Below, one piece after another: positions 11,415 to 24,524 of a stretch of 64,000 bases of DNA. How positions within the stretch are numbered: position 1 is the stretch's first letter; each line of letters starts with the position of its first letter. The notes below the pieces were generated by a model, which saw only the letters and a list, made by a program, of their open reading frames with translations, did not search any database and was not told the origin of the DNA. The stretch covers positions 248,001 through 312,000 of the forward strand of contig NW_026782093.1 of assembly GCF_031769215.1 (NCBI RefSeq). Direction: 5' to 3'. This DNA comes from Ylistrum balloti. Lineage: Eukaryota. Position numbers and translations under genes: made by a program.

Positions 11415-12481
11415 TTCTCTCATATCCCGCCATATTGGATAGAGTTTGCCCATGTAAGATAGCTATGTAAGAAAATTCTATCTTACATGGGCAAACACGT
11501 GCGCGGATTAATCTGTGTTCAGGAGAGACAACTCTTACAGTGTCATTTTTTATGTCACGGGTCATAAAAACACACAGTCGCTGAATACTTACAAGACACT
11601 GAATGACAGACAGAAGTACATAATTTCCAATATCTTGTCAAACACAAAAAGCTCCGAATTAATTCCATCAAACCGAACACCATCCTCTGCCACCATTTCA
11701 TCAACTTCAACAGTTACTAGGCCTACATCTGATGTCACAGTGTGTTTACCATCGTCATCACAAGAAAACACGGTTAACACCTTCAATCCTGTATCACGGA
11801 AACAATCTGAAACTCGCATCGAATCCTTGTTTGCTGGTTCTCACATTGAAAATTGCCAAATCACCGTAAATATCACCACAAATGTTCCACCACCCAAACG
11901 TCGTCGAATCATGGTGATCGAGAGCGACAGCGACTCGGAATAGGAGATCGTGTGACGTCACGCCTTGAATTTATGAATGGAATTCCTTTGATTATGGTGA
12001 CGTCATGTCAGCGTCACAGTAGTTTGAAAAAATGTCAAAACAGTAAAAAGATACATTGATTTATTTCTTAAAATGGTCAAATATGTGATTTTGATCATAC
12101 ACATACTATATAATCACACAGAGCATTTTTGTTTTTTTTTCATCTGCGAATAATATATTCATCCTGCAATATACCGAAAAATGGTTCGAAATTTGACAGC
12201 AAACTGAAAGTTTGCAAAATATGGGTATGCTCGTTAAGAATATCCACTTCGTTTTTTTTTTATAAAAACCTCGGATAAAAAAAATGAAAAAAAAAACAAA
12301 TGAAGATAATAGCCGACCGACTGTCCTTTTCCCAAAGTTTTGGTAAAGATATGAGAGAAAAAGACTCTTTCATTATGTGTGTATGTAAAATAGGGATATT
12401 CCACCCGAGGCTCTGCCGAGGGTTTTACCATATTTTGTAACCCCGAGGGTGAAATATCCACGCATATGAAAGAGTCTAATA
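11415..12481 (+). mobile_element. Non-autonomous Crypton-like (DUF3504 tyrosine-recombinase family) element
   Basis: Absent from the matching site in unit A (~1231). ORF 11515-11943 carries VTGHKNTQSLNTY (the YR C-terminal H...Y catalytic segment), the F....I.NC.I.VNI motif and a KRRR/acidic tail. Perfect 13-bp inverted repeats at 11414-11426 and 12348-12360; hairpins near both ends. Confidence 0.7.
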
Positions 12482-12654
12482 ATCTTCCACGATGAGTAAG
12501 GTTTGTCAACACTAAAGTATATTTTGTTATGTTCAACAAACAATGCTGAAGGACGTATTATTTTTACTACGTGTTTCCATTATCTTCTTAATTTTTCTTC
12601 TGATTTCTTTCGCCAAGGATGTTTTCGTCACTTTTTCCGATAACCATAATGGAG

Positions 12655-13340
12655 CTTGACAATAGTGTGCATAAGAAATATCCGATTTCAATACCATTTG
12701 ATATCTATATTGAAGTGTGAAGTGTGTATCATGAAAAATATCGAAATCAAAAAAGAAATGTACGGAGAACTACACCATGGCAGAAATTCTGGTTGACAAT
12801 ATCTGATGGAGTATGGTGGTTAATTCTTTCCACAGACTACAGGTATACCTATGTGAAAAAATTGTGACCCATCTCCTGGCTGACTTGTTTTTGTTGTTTT
12901 CATACGAGGCTAAAGTCATCTAAGACTTAACAAAAAAGGTCACAATGACCTTGCAAAGTCCTTCAGTCTCATTTTCAGATATAATGACGGCTTTAAACAA
13001 GGAGAGATTTATTGACCATATCCATTATATGCGTCCTCCAGAATTTGAAATCAAGGACAAGATAGACTCTTCTTTAACGGCGGCTTACCTCAATTATTTT
13101 CTACAATAAAACCAACAGGAGTTGATTTCTATGAAGCTGTATCATAAACGTGATAATTTCGAATTCCCTATTGTGGATTTGCTATGTTTAGAAAGCAACA
13201 TCATTGCATCTAGTTTCATCGAGCTTTTAGTTTTATTTAATATTATGTTAACATATCAGTAATGCCTTTGTAGTGGTACCTTGAACACAGCCGTTACGGT
13301 CGTAGAACTCTTTTGAGACTGTATGGAGAGTTTGAAAAAC
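12655..13340 (+). mobile_element. Penelope-like RT remnant, duplicated copy (more complete)
   Basis: Same as 1450-2030, plus MKLYHKRDNFEFPIVDLLCLESNI, which matches the TKLYDKRDDFNFPIVNFPFL.SNIP motif. This segment is largely deleted in copy A. Confidence 0.78.
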
Positions 13341-14824
13341 CTAGGTTATGCTTTCTATTGTAATAAGTACTTGTCTGTCTCTTCTCTTTTCGATATGCTA
13401 TCATTTTCATTTTGATGTGTTGATTTATAGTATATCCATAATGATAGCTATTATTTGATAATGTATGTAAACTTCCTTTCGTGACTGAATTTGGTATTTT
13501 TCAAATAGCATATATGGGACCTGAAACTCTGTTCCTGTATCAAAACTGTTAAATGATATATTTTCAATTTTTCAAATAAAATAGATAAATTTATAAAATA
13601 AAATAAATAACCACCAAAATTGCGTGGACACATCATTTTCTTATAGCTTCTTATAGCTTTTTATAGCTTCAGTACCTTGATATAGTTACTTATAAAAATC
13701 ACAGTTCTTGGACATACGAGTTCCCATGAAATTGATGAAAATAAATTCCACAATAAAATTGGTTTTATATTTCCGCTTTAGTACAATACACGAGACTTGC
13801 ATTTGAAGTCTACTGATTATATCGTTTATTGTAGAACACAGATCAAAATTTAAGCGATGTCACAAGTAAGACTATATTAATGGCACCACATATCGTCGCA
13901 TTGTGAATTAAACCCTCGAAGTTGATGTTTCAGTTTACCCTGCATAATGCTGATTTTTTTATTAATCAAAATACAGAATATAACGTCTGTGGTGCTTTTG
14001 ATATAGCTCCTCGCACTAAAACGAGTGTAAATCACACACATACATTCCTTTTTGTTCGTATTTTTTATGTACATGTACAAGTATATGAAACACATTTTAT
14101 CGTGTGAACTATGGACATTGGTTATGCTATTTGAATATTATTAAGAAAATGACACACATCTATCCAAATCCAACATATGTCCTTTTGAATGGGAATGCGC
14201 ATACAGATTCCTTCATAAACTAACAGATCATCTATTTGTTATCATCGAAAAGAATTAACCATTTCATGTTACAGTTAATAACATGAAAGTTAATAACAAT
14301 TTTTGCAAAGCCATGACTTAAAATAATTATTTAGGTATGACAATTTGGTTATTCTGGAAAATGATTGTTCTAATCCAGGAACATGATGTAATATATTCGT
14401 ATGATTTAGATTATATTTCAAAACGTTTATTACACAACTAGATACATATAACTGTATTATTAACCATGAACGTGTGATGTCCTTGTATACAATATCGTTA
14501 CTCGCCAGTTTCTTACATGTACTTAGGCATCGTCTCTCTCTTGTAATGGTTTAAGTTTCCTGATGAGCTTGTTGCATCGAGAATTACCTCCTCTCAAACC
14601 AAACTCTATTTTGTGATATTCTAATGTTAAAATCACAGAAAGTCGGGAATGTCTTCATTGAAAAAATTTAGACAATATATGTCGATTGACATTACTTTGC
14701 AGCACAAGAAGAACAACGAAGTCCTTTGTGTCAAATCAATGCAGGATACGTTGACAATGACCCAAGGTGTGTAACGTATATGAAGCGTAAATCTCCTCTA
14801 GTTTCAGTTAGCCTTTTGATCAGC

Positions 14825-17800
14825 CTAAACGCTTGGATCTTTGTTGGAGTTTTCACATTTTGCAATTAGGCGTAGCGGAAACGAAACAATCCCAGCGATG
14901 GTGATGGTAGCTCCAGCGAAGTAGAATGCTGCGTCATAGCCCGCTGTGACGTCGGAGAGAATTCCTGAAATCGATTGATACAGTATTACATAAAGTATAC
15001 GATTAATTCATGTTAAATCGACATAGTCACTAGCACAAGCATGGCACGATGTGTACATGACTTTTGTACGATGTCTGAAGGTAAAAAAAACCGAGGCGTC
15101 CGTTCATTCGCGAACACGATGGATTAACGGTGTGCAAATATTTTAATATTTAATTCTATGTCGCCCATCGCATATTATCTGAGGTAAAAAAGGGGTGTGG
15201 AAAAAGTCCAAATACGTAATTAACTATCAACACTATTCTCTATCAACAGTTTTGTTATCAGGTTGCATGATACTTTCGTGATTCACTTTCATGATCCTGT
15301 AATCAAAGAATGATATGCTCTACATTTTTACCTTACCTCAATACCAATTTTCAACATAACCAACGTGGACGACTTACCAATAAGCTGGGTGGTAAGGGTG
15401 TGTAGGTGTGTGGATTAGCTTTTTCTTGATAATAAAATTCCAGTTTCTGTCAAACAAAATTCTATATATCAATGCCATTCTTTGATCATAAATGATGGCA
15501 TTATCATATCTGCATCTTTTTATTTTGTAAACATGATATTCTTTATCTTGTATATTCACATCTCATCTCGTCAATGAAACGGAAGACGCTTACGCACCTG
15601 CAACGCCATGTCTACATTCTGCTTTTGTCATTGTTTTCCTCACTACTTACAAGTGTTTTAGTTGATTCGTGGGTACTATGTTTCATATGATGAAATCACT
15701 CACCTGCAATTGGTGATCCAATGATGGAAGCAATCCCGATAAACAAGTTGAGTAGTCCAAATCCATTGGACAACTTCTCGATACCATTTAACTCTACAAT
15801 AATAAGGGAATTTAGTGGCTCGAACGCTCCTGAAAGTAACAGAAAGTGGTAAGTGTCAGTTTTGTTGAATTGATATCTAAAATGTAGACGATCTGTATTA
15901 GGTGAATGATGCTTTTTTAAGACATAGTTTAAAATGTCCGCTGGGGTTAGTGCCGAATGCGTTTGATGAGTATTTTACTACATGTTAAGCCTAGAAAGAA
16001 ATTTAAAAATCCACAACTCTTGTCAATACTACTTACAGGTTCAATTATTCTTAAAATGAAAAATCAGCAATTTGAGATATATTCTTTACCTCCGACCACG
16101 CCAAATAAAGCTGAATAAGTGGCTAAAATTGCAAACTCTCGACAAAAGGGAACAAGACACGTGGTCACTCCTCCAATTACAAGCACGACACTGTTCAGGA
16201 GAATACTGTCGACACAAGGAAGGTCGATGATAAAACCAAACACAACATTGGAAGCGGTGTTAGATATCCCTATGATGGAGATAAGAAGAGCTCCTTCATT
16301 TGCAGACAGATTGAGATCATCCGCCAGCACAGGTAGAAAATTGAACGGAATATACCAACCTATAATGATAGCGTTGTCTTATGTAATTCAACGTCGTGTC
16401 ATTTCAGGATGAGATAATTAAAAGTTTTTATCCTTAAATAACAATATATTTGTTTTACATATATCTTTAATTAGCTCTTTTATTTCAAAATTAATATATA
16501 AACAATATCAAACTGCTACATGCCTGTTGACATCAGGAAACACGACAAGGAAAAAACAGCAAAACATGGACTTTTAAGCAAGGAACAGTCGAACTTCAAC
16601 GAAACAGAAGAACAGGTTCTTCTACAGTTCGATTCATTATTCGTCCCTGCTCTGTCTACGTTATTAAGCTCTTTTCCTGCTCTTGGTGATTTCAGCTCTC
16701 TGTAAAATGCTGCAAACACGACACCATTTAACACGATGCCTGTGATTACCCAAAACGCTCCTCGCCAACCGTACATTTCCAGTAGAAGTACGGAAAGTGG
16801 AGCGAACACAAACCCTCCGATACCCGATCCGCATGTGGCGATCCCAGTAGCAAGAGCTCGGCGTTTTTCGAAGTAGTAACTTACTATTACTATGGTGGGC
16901 GTGTACACCAATCCGAATCCAATACCTGCCATATGCAAGTTATAACCATTAAACAATTATCTTATAAACAAATAATTCAGTCATTGTATCTTTTATCAGC
17001 GAACGTGAAATTGGATATTTAAAGAAATTTCTGATATCGATTAATTAAAATGCTATCCATATCGGCACAATATCACTCAACAAAATATAGATAAGTTCTG
17101 GGATATACTGGCTGCGTCAATATATGATTATATTATTATTCACTGACCTCCAATAATGCCGTATAGTAAAATCATGACGTCAAGACTAGGGGAGAAGGTG
17201 GAGAAAAAGATCCCGACGCTGGCTATGATAATCCCAAGACCGGTTGCTGTCCGACACCCGAATCGGTTAGCAAACGAACCAGATATTGGACCTTCAGAAA
17301 AGTAATGAACTTATATAAGAAGAAATGATAACAAGTAGGGGGATTGAAATTGTATGATCATGCGAATTAACACATTAAGTTTAAAGAATCTCCTATTCAA
17401 TGTCTTTAATAACCAAACATTATTTGCATGAAGAGGGAACTACGCTCCTCTTCTGTTAAAAAACATTGGACATGATTTTTCGCAATTCTACATTTTTAGC
17501 TCATGCGATGCCACGGTAGCTGTAATTCACAAGACGCCGCTATTCCCCGTGTCTACTTGAATTAATGACTTAAGAGGTAAACCACAATAAAACTGTGTGC
17601 TCTGAATATGATATTGCATGAGCGAAAATGAGGCTGATCGACTTGTGACTTCACTGGTGCACTCCTGTCGATATTCGGCTGCTATAATGTCAGTACATAT
17701 AGCCATGTATCAGATTAAACGTCCAGTTTACTCCATATTTTTCAAACATTAAATGTATTTTTCGATCATCACTGAACCAGTAAGATCGATTCTTGAGATG

Positions 17801-18545
17801 GAAAACTGAAACAAAAGAATACAATTGTAATTGTCTGCTTGCGGATGTAAAAGGTCCCCATACTATGATGCATGTGGTTCCTAACTAACTCACGTATATA
17901 TATTATATGGTACATTTATAGATAATTAGGGCACCAGTGACATCACAGTGTCACGTGACCTCGCATGCTGAATAAAATTTTAACTGGTAACATTGATGGC
18001 CTGAAATAGGTAACGGGGTATTTAGGAATAACCACAAGCACCGGTATTGTTTTTAAAAACGAAACCTGAATTTTATTTTTAGAAAAAGTTTAAAATCATG
18101 TCCCCTATCCTTTTAAATAGTAATGCATTTGTTGTTTTAACACATTTTAAAAGTACATAACCCTGCGGTCATAACTATTTGAAAACACATATTTGGTACA
18201 AATGCTTCATTAAGCAAACAAACTGTTGCAAGACAGAAGGCGGAAATTAAAATTCATACCAACTATGTATGCCACGCCATTGATAACAGAGCTCAGTAAC
18301 TGTGTTTTCCCTTTGCTTTCTCCAAACGTTGTCAAAAATGTATTGAAAAAGATGCCAACAGATAAACTAACGCCGTCCACCAAAAAGTTGAGCATGAAGG
18401 ATGAAAACGTGATAACCCATCCCCATCCACCATCCGGTGCTGTTGGAGGCTTGTTTTGGGAACGTGTAGATGAGATGGTCACGTGATCAATGCTCTGCTG
18501 CTGAGCACCATTAGACACCACAAAGACATCACCATTGGTTTCCAT
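14825..18545 (-). CDS. SLC16/monocarboxylate transporter-like protein, copy B (455 aa, 6 coding exons)
   Basis: Exons 18545-18260, 17291-17148, 16925-16524, 16359-16090, 15829-15704 and 14964-14825 have the same sizes and splice sites as copy A, with no stops or frameshifts seen. I counted 12 amino-acid differences from copy A by hand. Confidence 0.92.
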
Positions 18546-18774
18546 TTTGCTGAAAATACAACACCTGTTGAAAGAGTGCAATCAAAATAGAATTTGTTTA
18601 CAAAGCTCCATTGAGAACTAGTATTAGGCATTATAGACAAAATATGCAGTTTTTTTACAACGATCAAACATATTTATTACAATCGTTTTAGATACAAAGT
18701 GGCAGGATCTGCGCCGTATTGTCCGAGCTCAGTGTGCTGATGGACCAGCGTTTCCCTGTAATTAGTACTCATAT

Positions 18775-19003
18775 GGGCGATCAGGTTGCGCAAAGGTAAC
18801 ACATTCGCCTTTCAGCTAGACGTTAAGGGTTTGATTCCCGGAGCGCACGTGAAATGACATGAGGGTCCCGATTATGTGAGTTTTCTCTGGGTACACCGCT
18901 TTCCTCCTACAATAAGACCCCACGGGCACCAAATAGAGTGATTAACATAAGCTGCTAGCTTTTTCAACCCTTGTAGCGAAATAAAGTCTATATTTATATA
19001 TTT
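18775..19003 (+). mobile_element. tRNA-derived SINE, duplicated copy in MCT copy B
   Basis: Essentially identical to 7353-7582 in the same intronic context, so a single insertion shared by both units. Confidence 0.72.
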
Positions 19004-21626
19004 CGTCTGAACTTGAAACATCGTTGTACATGTAAGTCATATTCACAATTCCTGAACTACAATCGTAGGTTTTCAAATACTTTTAAAAGTTTAGATATGC
19101 CTAATTTATTTACAATTTCAAAAATATACATAACGCAGTTTCTTCCAATGCGCAGTCACAGAATTAATATACTCAGGTAAGTTGATTTATTTTTAGATTC
19201 GTTTTCATTGAGTAATATTATGATTTTTTAATTGAAGTAAAAAACGAATGAGCGTTATGATATAGACTTTACAGTCTGTAAATGCGGAAAAAATATACAG
19301 TATTTTTACTTACCTGTATACCAACGAGTTCAAAGCCAGCTTTCGACAGTTTTTGCTTTCCAACCCCACCCATCATCCCCACCCATCATCCCAACCCATC
19401 ATCCCCCCTCATTTGTGTTCAGTTTAGATAATAGAAAACATGTCCTGCGTGTGATCACTAATATAGATACATTTATACAACAATATATTTTTTCTGTAGT
19501 TGATATCGTCAAGCTAACCCAGCCGCATTCCGCAGAAAGAAAACAATGATAATGATTAAATGGGGATCGTAATAAACAGACTTATAATTGGCGAGCATCT
19601 TGCCTACCTGTTTTTCTGACAGACAATCATTGTTACATTTGTATCAATGGCAAGACTGAGTAGTATACTTTATCAATTTATATAAAACAAATCTGACGAA
19701 TATTTCTGCGAAAATTTTGTTCCCAATTTTTTTTCAAATTATGATCGCCATTGACTTCTCAGCCTATAAAAGAGAAAATAATATTTTGTATTTTATAAAG
19801 CAGTTGATGACCTACCTGCAGAAGTAATATGAGTAAATTCACCCTTTATTTTGTCCAAGTTTCCGTTAATCGTGGTCGGTTTTGAAAAAAAGATATCCTC
19901 CACGTATATTCCGGTAAAAGAATAACAGTGAAACTGGAAATGAAGATTCGGCGTCCTGAGAACCTGCTATCAACATTGAGAATGTGTTTACCGATCCGTG
20001 CTGTTCTGAAGGTAACTTTAGGTATATGACACCGTTTGTATCTGTGGATAAAGAGGTAATAAATAACGTGATATTGTCAAATAACCATCTCAGGTTAATA
20101 TTACGTAAGAAGTAGGTTAACATGTTATTGCAGTTTATATAATTCGTACGTTGATCTTTCATGTTCACATTCAGCGACCAACAGTTGTAACAGGTCTTTT
20201 TCTGGCACTCAGAGAAAAGCAACAACATAGATTTAATACTTTGAACAGTTTTAACTCTTTGTTGGTGTTTTTCTCGCGCGCTCTAGCAAAATTGATGTTG
20301 TCATTGTTAGGGAAAGTTGATCGGAGTGATATAAGTTACCCTTACTTGTTTTCAGACCTAATTTGTTTTGAGTACTTATTTGTTATGTTTACAACATGTT
20401 CAAAATGGTATTGAAATAAAGTTGATATCAAATTAACAATTAAAGTGTTATTCAAAAATGTTTTATGGAATGTCAACACTAAAAGACCATATGTAGTAAC
20501 CCTTTAATCATCATTTATGTTTGCATCGCATTATATTTTCAGTCACAAATGGTAGTATTGAAAAAAAAAATTAAATACCATGTCCTTCGTATTTATACCC
20601 ACAGGAATTCAAAATCAAGGACACAGCTGACTCTCCTTCGCCAGCAGCTTTCCACGAACATACATCGAAACAAGTAGCATGCTTTTGATTACCAGAATAT
20701 GAATCCTCCTTTTCTAGATAGTAATTAACCTTCTTCACCAGCAATGTTTAGAAATCTTAATAAAATTTATTCCGATTTTCTGAATTGAATTTCTGTTTGA
20801 TGAATTTCAAATATTTTTATTATGTATTCCTTTATTCATAGACTCATACCAAACAGACGATTGTGGAAAAAGTTATCGAACAAAAAAAGTAGTGAAATAA
20901 ATACGAAAATGACGATATAACCAGTGTATTTCTCATAGTGGCAGTCCCATTAAGTCGGCGTTGAAATACGAATCGCCATGATGGTTTCCCTGGTTGCTGA
21001 TAAGAGATCGAATATTTGGTTACCTCAGTACTCTCTTGTAGTTTTTTTTTATCAATAAGGCATCGCGGAGAAACAATTGACAACGTTACTTAGTGTTTTC
21101 CTTACCGACTCCAAATCCGATCAAAAACGTCCGAGGGAAAATATCACTAGATGTACAAGCACTTTCTACAATGAAGTAAGAGACTTTGACAGCCATTCAC
21201 AAAACACAAGACAGTGATTATTGGTTTGTGTAGAGTAAGTCAGAGCGCAGGCCCCTGGATACTTATGAGACGTTTATGAGTAGTATTCTATTCAGTTCTA
21301 ATTAAATATTCTTATAAAGCTTCGTTGAAGAGTGGACGAAAACTCTTTGAAGTTCATTAAAATCTACATACTTATTCCACTTCTTTCGTAAACAAAGTAT
21401 CACAATACGACTGAAACCTAGATTTGATAATACTTAATAGAATGATAAATAAAGACATACATATGTGATTTCAGTTACATTCCTCTTCATTGCCTGCCAC
21501 AAGCATTTCTGAACTAAGACTGATTAGTTACAGAACGGTGCAAAACCGATTGCGTAGGCCTGCATCCGCCCGCGTTAGCCCGCTGTTAGTCGATTTATTA
21601 TCGATTCACAAATAGTGCCTGTCCTA

Positions 21627-22016
21627 AGGTACTGTTAACAGTCACAGATGAGCCCAGATTTCACCTTGCTTGTAATGAGCGTCATCTGTTCTCAGGTACT
21701 GTTAACAGTCACAGATGAGCCCAGATTTCACCTTGCTTGTAATGAGCGTCATCTGTTCTCAGGTACTGTTAACAGTCACAGATGAGTCCAGAGTTCACCT
21801 TGTTTGTAGTGACGGACATCTGTACTCAGGTACTGTTAACAGTCACAGATGAGTCCAGATTTCACCTTGCTTGTAATGAGGGTCATCTGTTCTCAGGTAC
21901 TGTTAACAGTCACAGATGAGTCCAGATTTCACCTTGCTTGTAGTGACGGACATCTGTTCTCAGGTACTGTTAACAGTCACAGATGAGTCCAGATTTCACC
22001 TTGCTTGTAGTGACGG
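21627..22016. repeat. 67-bp minisatellite, ~6 units
   Basis: Units start at 21627, 21694, 21761, 21828, 21895 and 21962 (aggtactgttaacagtcacagatgag...catctgttctc); the last is partial. Confidence 0.95.
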
Positions 22017-22452
22017 TCGATTGCTCGAGAACTGAAGGCCCGGAGAATACATGGAATAGTCCTTTTGATTATAATGGAAGTCAACTTTACCAATGTACGC
22101 TACCGTGACGACATTATTCATCATCACATTCTTTCATTCATCCCGAATTATTTTGTAGCAGGATATTATACTGAACATGCTAAGGTGGCAGCAGAACGTG
22201 TTACTTTTGCCTGCTATGTCAATAGTTTTATCTCTAATCGAGAATATTTGGGATAAAATGAAGTGATGTCTACATCAGGAACCAAACTCAACGCAACGCA
22301 ATGAGTATATAAATCTCGTGTGATAAGCAGTAAATGGTACAAATTATCCCAATATTTCGTACATAAGATTACATGTATACTGTCTCGCATGTTTAACGCT
22401 TAGCAGATAATACATTCTTGGCTATTTACCTACATCATCCTATATATATATA

Positions 22453-23497
22453 CCCAAGGGATAAAGAAACACAGGGTGACATTATTTGCAATATCTTGCA
22501 AGCGTTGATCACAAACAATGAAAATCGGTCAAGCAACTCTCTAGATTACAGTGCACGTGGTCCTGAATCGAATGTTGCATTATTGTATTGCGTGACGATG
22601 TCTTCCTAAGAAAGCACGAAACGGGAAAATCTCTTTCACAGCAGTGTTGTGACATTAAGTTACACTGCTCGTCATACCATTAAGTAGTCTTCATAGAGAC
22701 ACATCATTTTCCGATATTTTGGTTACTTTCAGATAGCATTAAACAATGGCACGGCTGACGGAAGTTCAGGGGGTCAGGTCATTGCGATGTGGTCAGGCCA
22801 GGTCAAAGGCTAATATAAGTTGCCAGACATTTCGGTGTCCATATTTACAAACTAGAACGTCTTGTTAGATGTCTAAGGGAAACTGATAAGGTTGCTGACA
22901 GACCGTACTGTCACTGAATCTGCCCTTCATACCATTGGTACTCATCACCGTCCTATCCATACAGAAACCGTAAGGAAACGATAACGGGAAGTTGATCTGC
23001 GGGCACGTCAACCGTTTGTATGCCTGCTCCTTACCGCTGCTCGTCGCAAACGACGTCTGGCTTTGGTGGCGGTAATAATAATTCCATTTATGCAGTGGAG
23101 GCGAGTCTTGTTTACGGACGAGTCCCGGTTTACCCTGTTTCGAGCAGACGTTCGACGTCGTGTATACTGATGTCGTGAAGAACGTTATGCCGACTGCTGC
23201 GTAATAGAGACGGGGAGATTTTGGGGTGGATCGGGTATGGTGTGGGGAGGAATCTCACATAGAGTAAAATCACTATTGGCTGTGGCAGCGGGTAGATTAA
23301 TTTCCGCTAGGTATAGAGATGCTCGGCCCCATATAGCGAGGATCTGTCGCGACTTTCTCACAAACAACAATATCCACCCACTAGACTGACCGCCATACAG
23401 TCCCAACCTATCCCCTATTGAGCACTTGTGGGACAAGCTGGATAGACAGCTTCGAAGACGCCGACCTCCCCTGTTACCCTGGCCCAACTGAGAGCAG
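22453..23497 (+). mobile_element. Tc1/mariner transposon remnant (DD34E type), decayed
   Basis: MARLTEVQ start at ~22746, VARHFGVH, WRRVLFTDESRFTLF, VWGGISH and ARPHIARICRDFLTNNNIHPLD*PPYSPNLSPIEHLWDKLDR. Contains stops and internal deletions; no right TIR found. Confidence 0.85.
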
Positions 23498-23581
23498 TCA
23501 GTTTTTTCTTCTCGTGAGTTACCTCCCTTGTCACTACAATACATATGAAACCAAAATAATAATAAAAACTACTTAAAGAAA

Positions 23582-23960
23582 TACATATGGGAGCTTATCG
23601 AACCAAAATTGTTAAATTATATCATTAACTCACATACGTATTACATATGGGAGCTTATCGAACCAAAATTGTTAAATTATATCATTAACTCACATACGTA
23701 TTACATATGGGAGCTTATCGAAACAAAATTGTTAAATTATATCTTTAACTCACATACGCACTATATATACCTATATTGTTTAAAGATATATTTTAATCAC
23801 GCTATACATATGTAATTTTATTGAACCAAAATTATCAAAATATATCTTATATATTTACTACATATGTGAGCTTATGGAACCGAAACAGCAAAAAAGATAT
23901 ATTTTACTCAAATACGTAATACATTGGGAGCATATGGAACCAAAACTATCAGAAGATCTT
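23582..23960. repeat. 60-bp tandem repeat: 3 near-perfect plus ~3 degenerate units
   Basis: tacatatgggagcttatcgaaccaaaattgttaaattatatcattaactcacatacgtat repeats at a 60-bp period in 23582-23759, with decayed copies to ~23960. Confidence 0.9.
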
Positions 23961-24524
23961 TTTATTGCTTGCATTCATAATATAAACGGGAACAGTTAGT
24001 CATGGACATCAACAGTATGTAATCTTCGTGCCATAATGGTATATTTATGTATTACAATATTACCTAACACACAACAAATATTTAATTGAGCATACAGTTT
24101 AAACCATTCCGGCTAGTGACAGGTGATTGACTCTGCATTTATAGTATATATATGTAATGTGATACTTCATTTGTATTTCTTTTAAATATTGAACATGTAG
24201 GCGTTTCCTCATCGCACGTTTAATTGAAATGACACCCTGTTAAGGATGTATGGTTGAATAAAAGCACTGATGACCTATTGGTGTCCCTAGATATAACAGC
24301 CTACGTAGTGTTTGATGCAGGCATTTTCGGAAGAACTTTGCAGTCTTTCATTGATACAGCTTTCTTGTATCTTCTTCAAGTAAAACTTTTTTAAACTTAA
24401 AGTTGGCATCAATAGACACTCACATAAAAATTAAGAGTGAAAAGAGGAATTTCCACTTCATGAATAAAACCAGATAAAAGCTTCAAAGTTATTCATTTTT
24501 TTTCCTTTTGCACTATTATTCCAG

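Larger units (their letters stand above)
1066..23321. repeat. Tandem segmental duplication: unit A ~1066-11247, unit B ~11248-23321
   Basis: Collinear sequence at an offset of ~11.3-11.4 kb through the gene body (7151 vs 18545; 5531 vs 16925). Homology starts in the last exon of the + MCT gene (tgttatatgtttacc at 1066 and 11248) and ends inside the Tc1 remnant (gtatagagatg at 11242 and 23321). Confidence 0.93.

Noticed and set aside
21627-22016. CRISPR-like appearance of the 67-, 60-, 44- and 108-bp arrays
   Set aside because: The units are head-to-tail with no unique spacers, there are no cas genes, and the context is eukaryotic.
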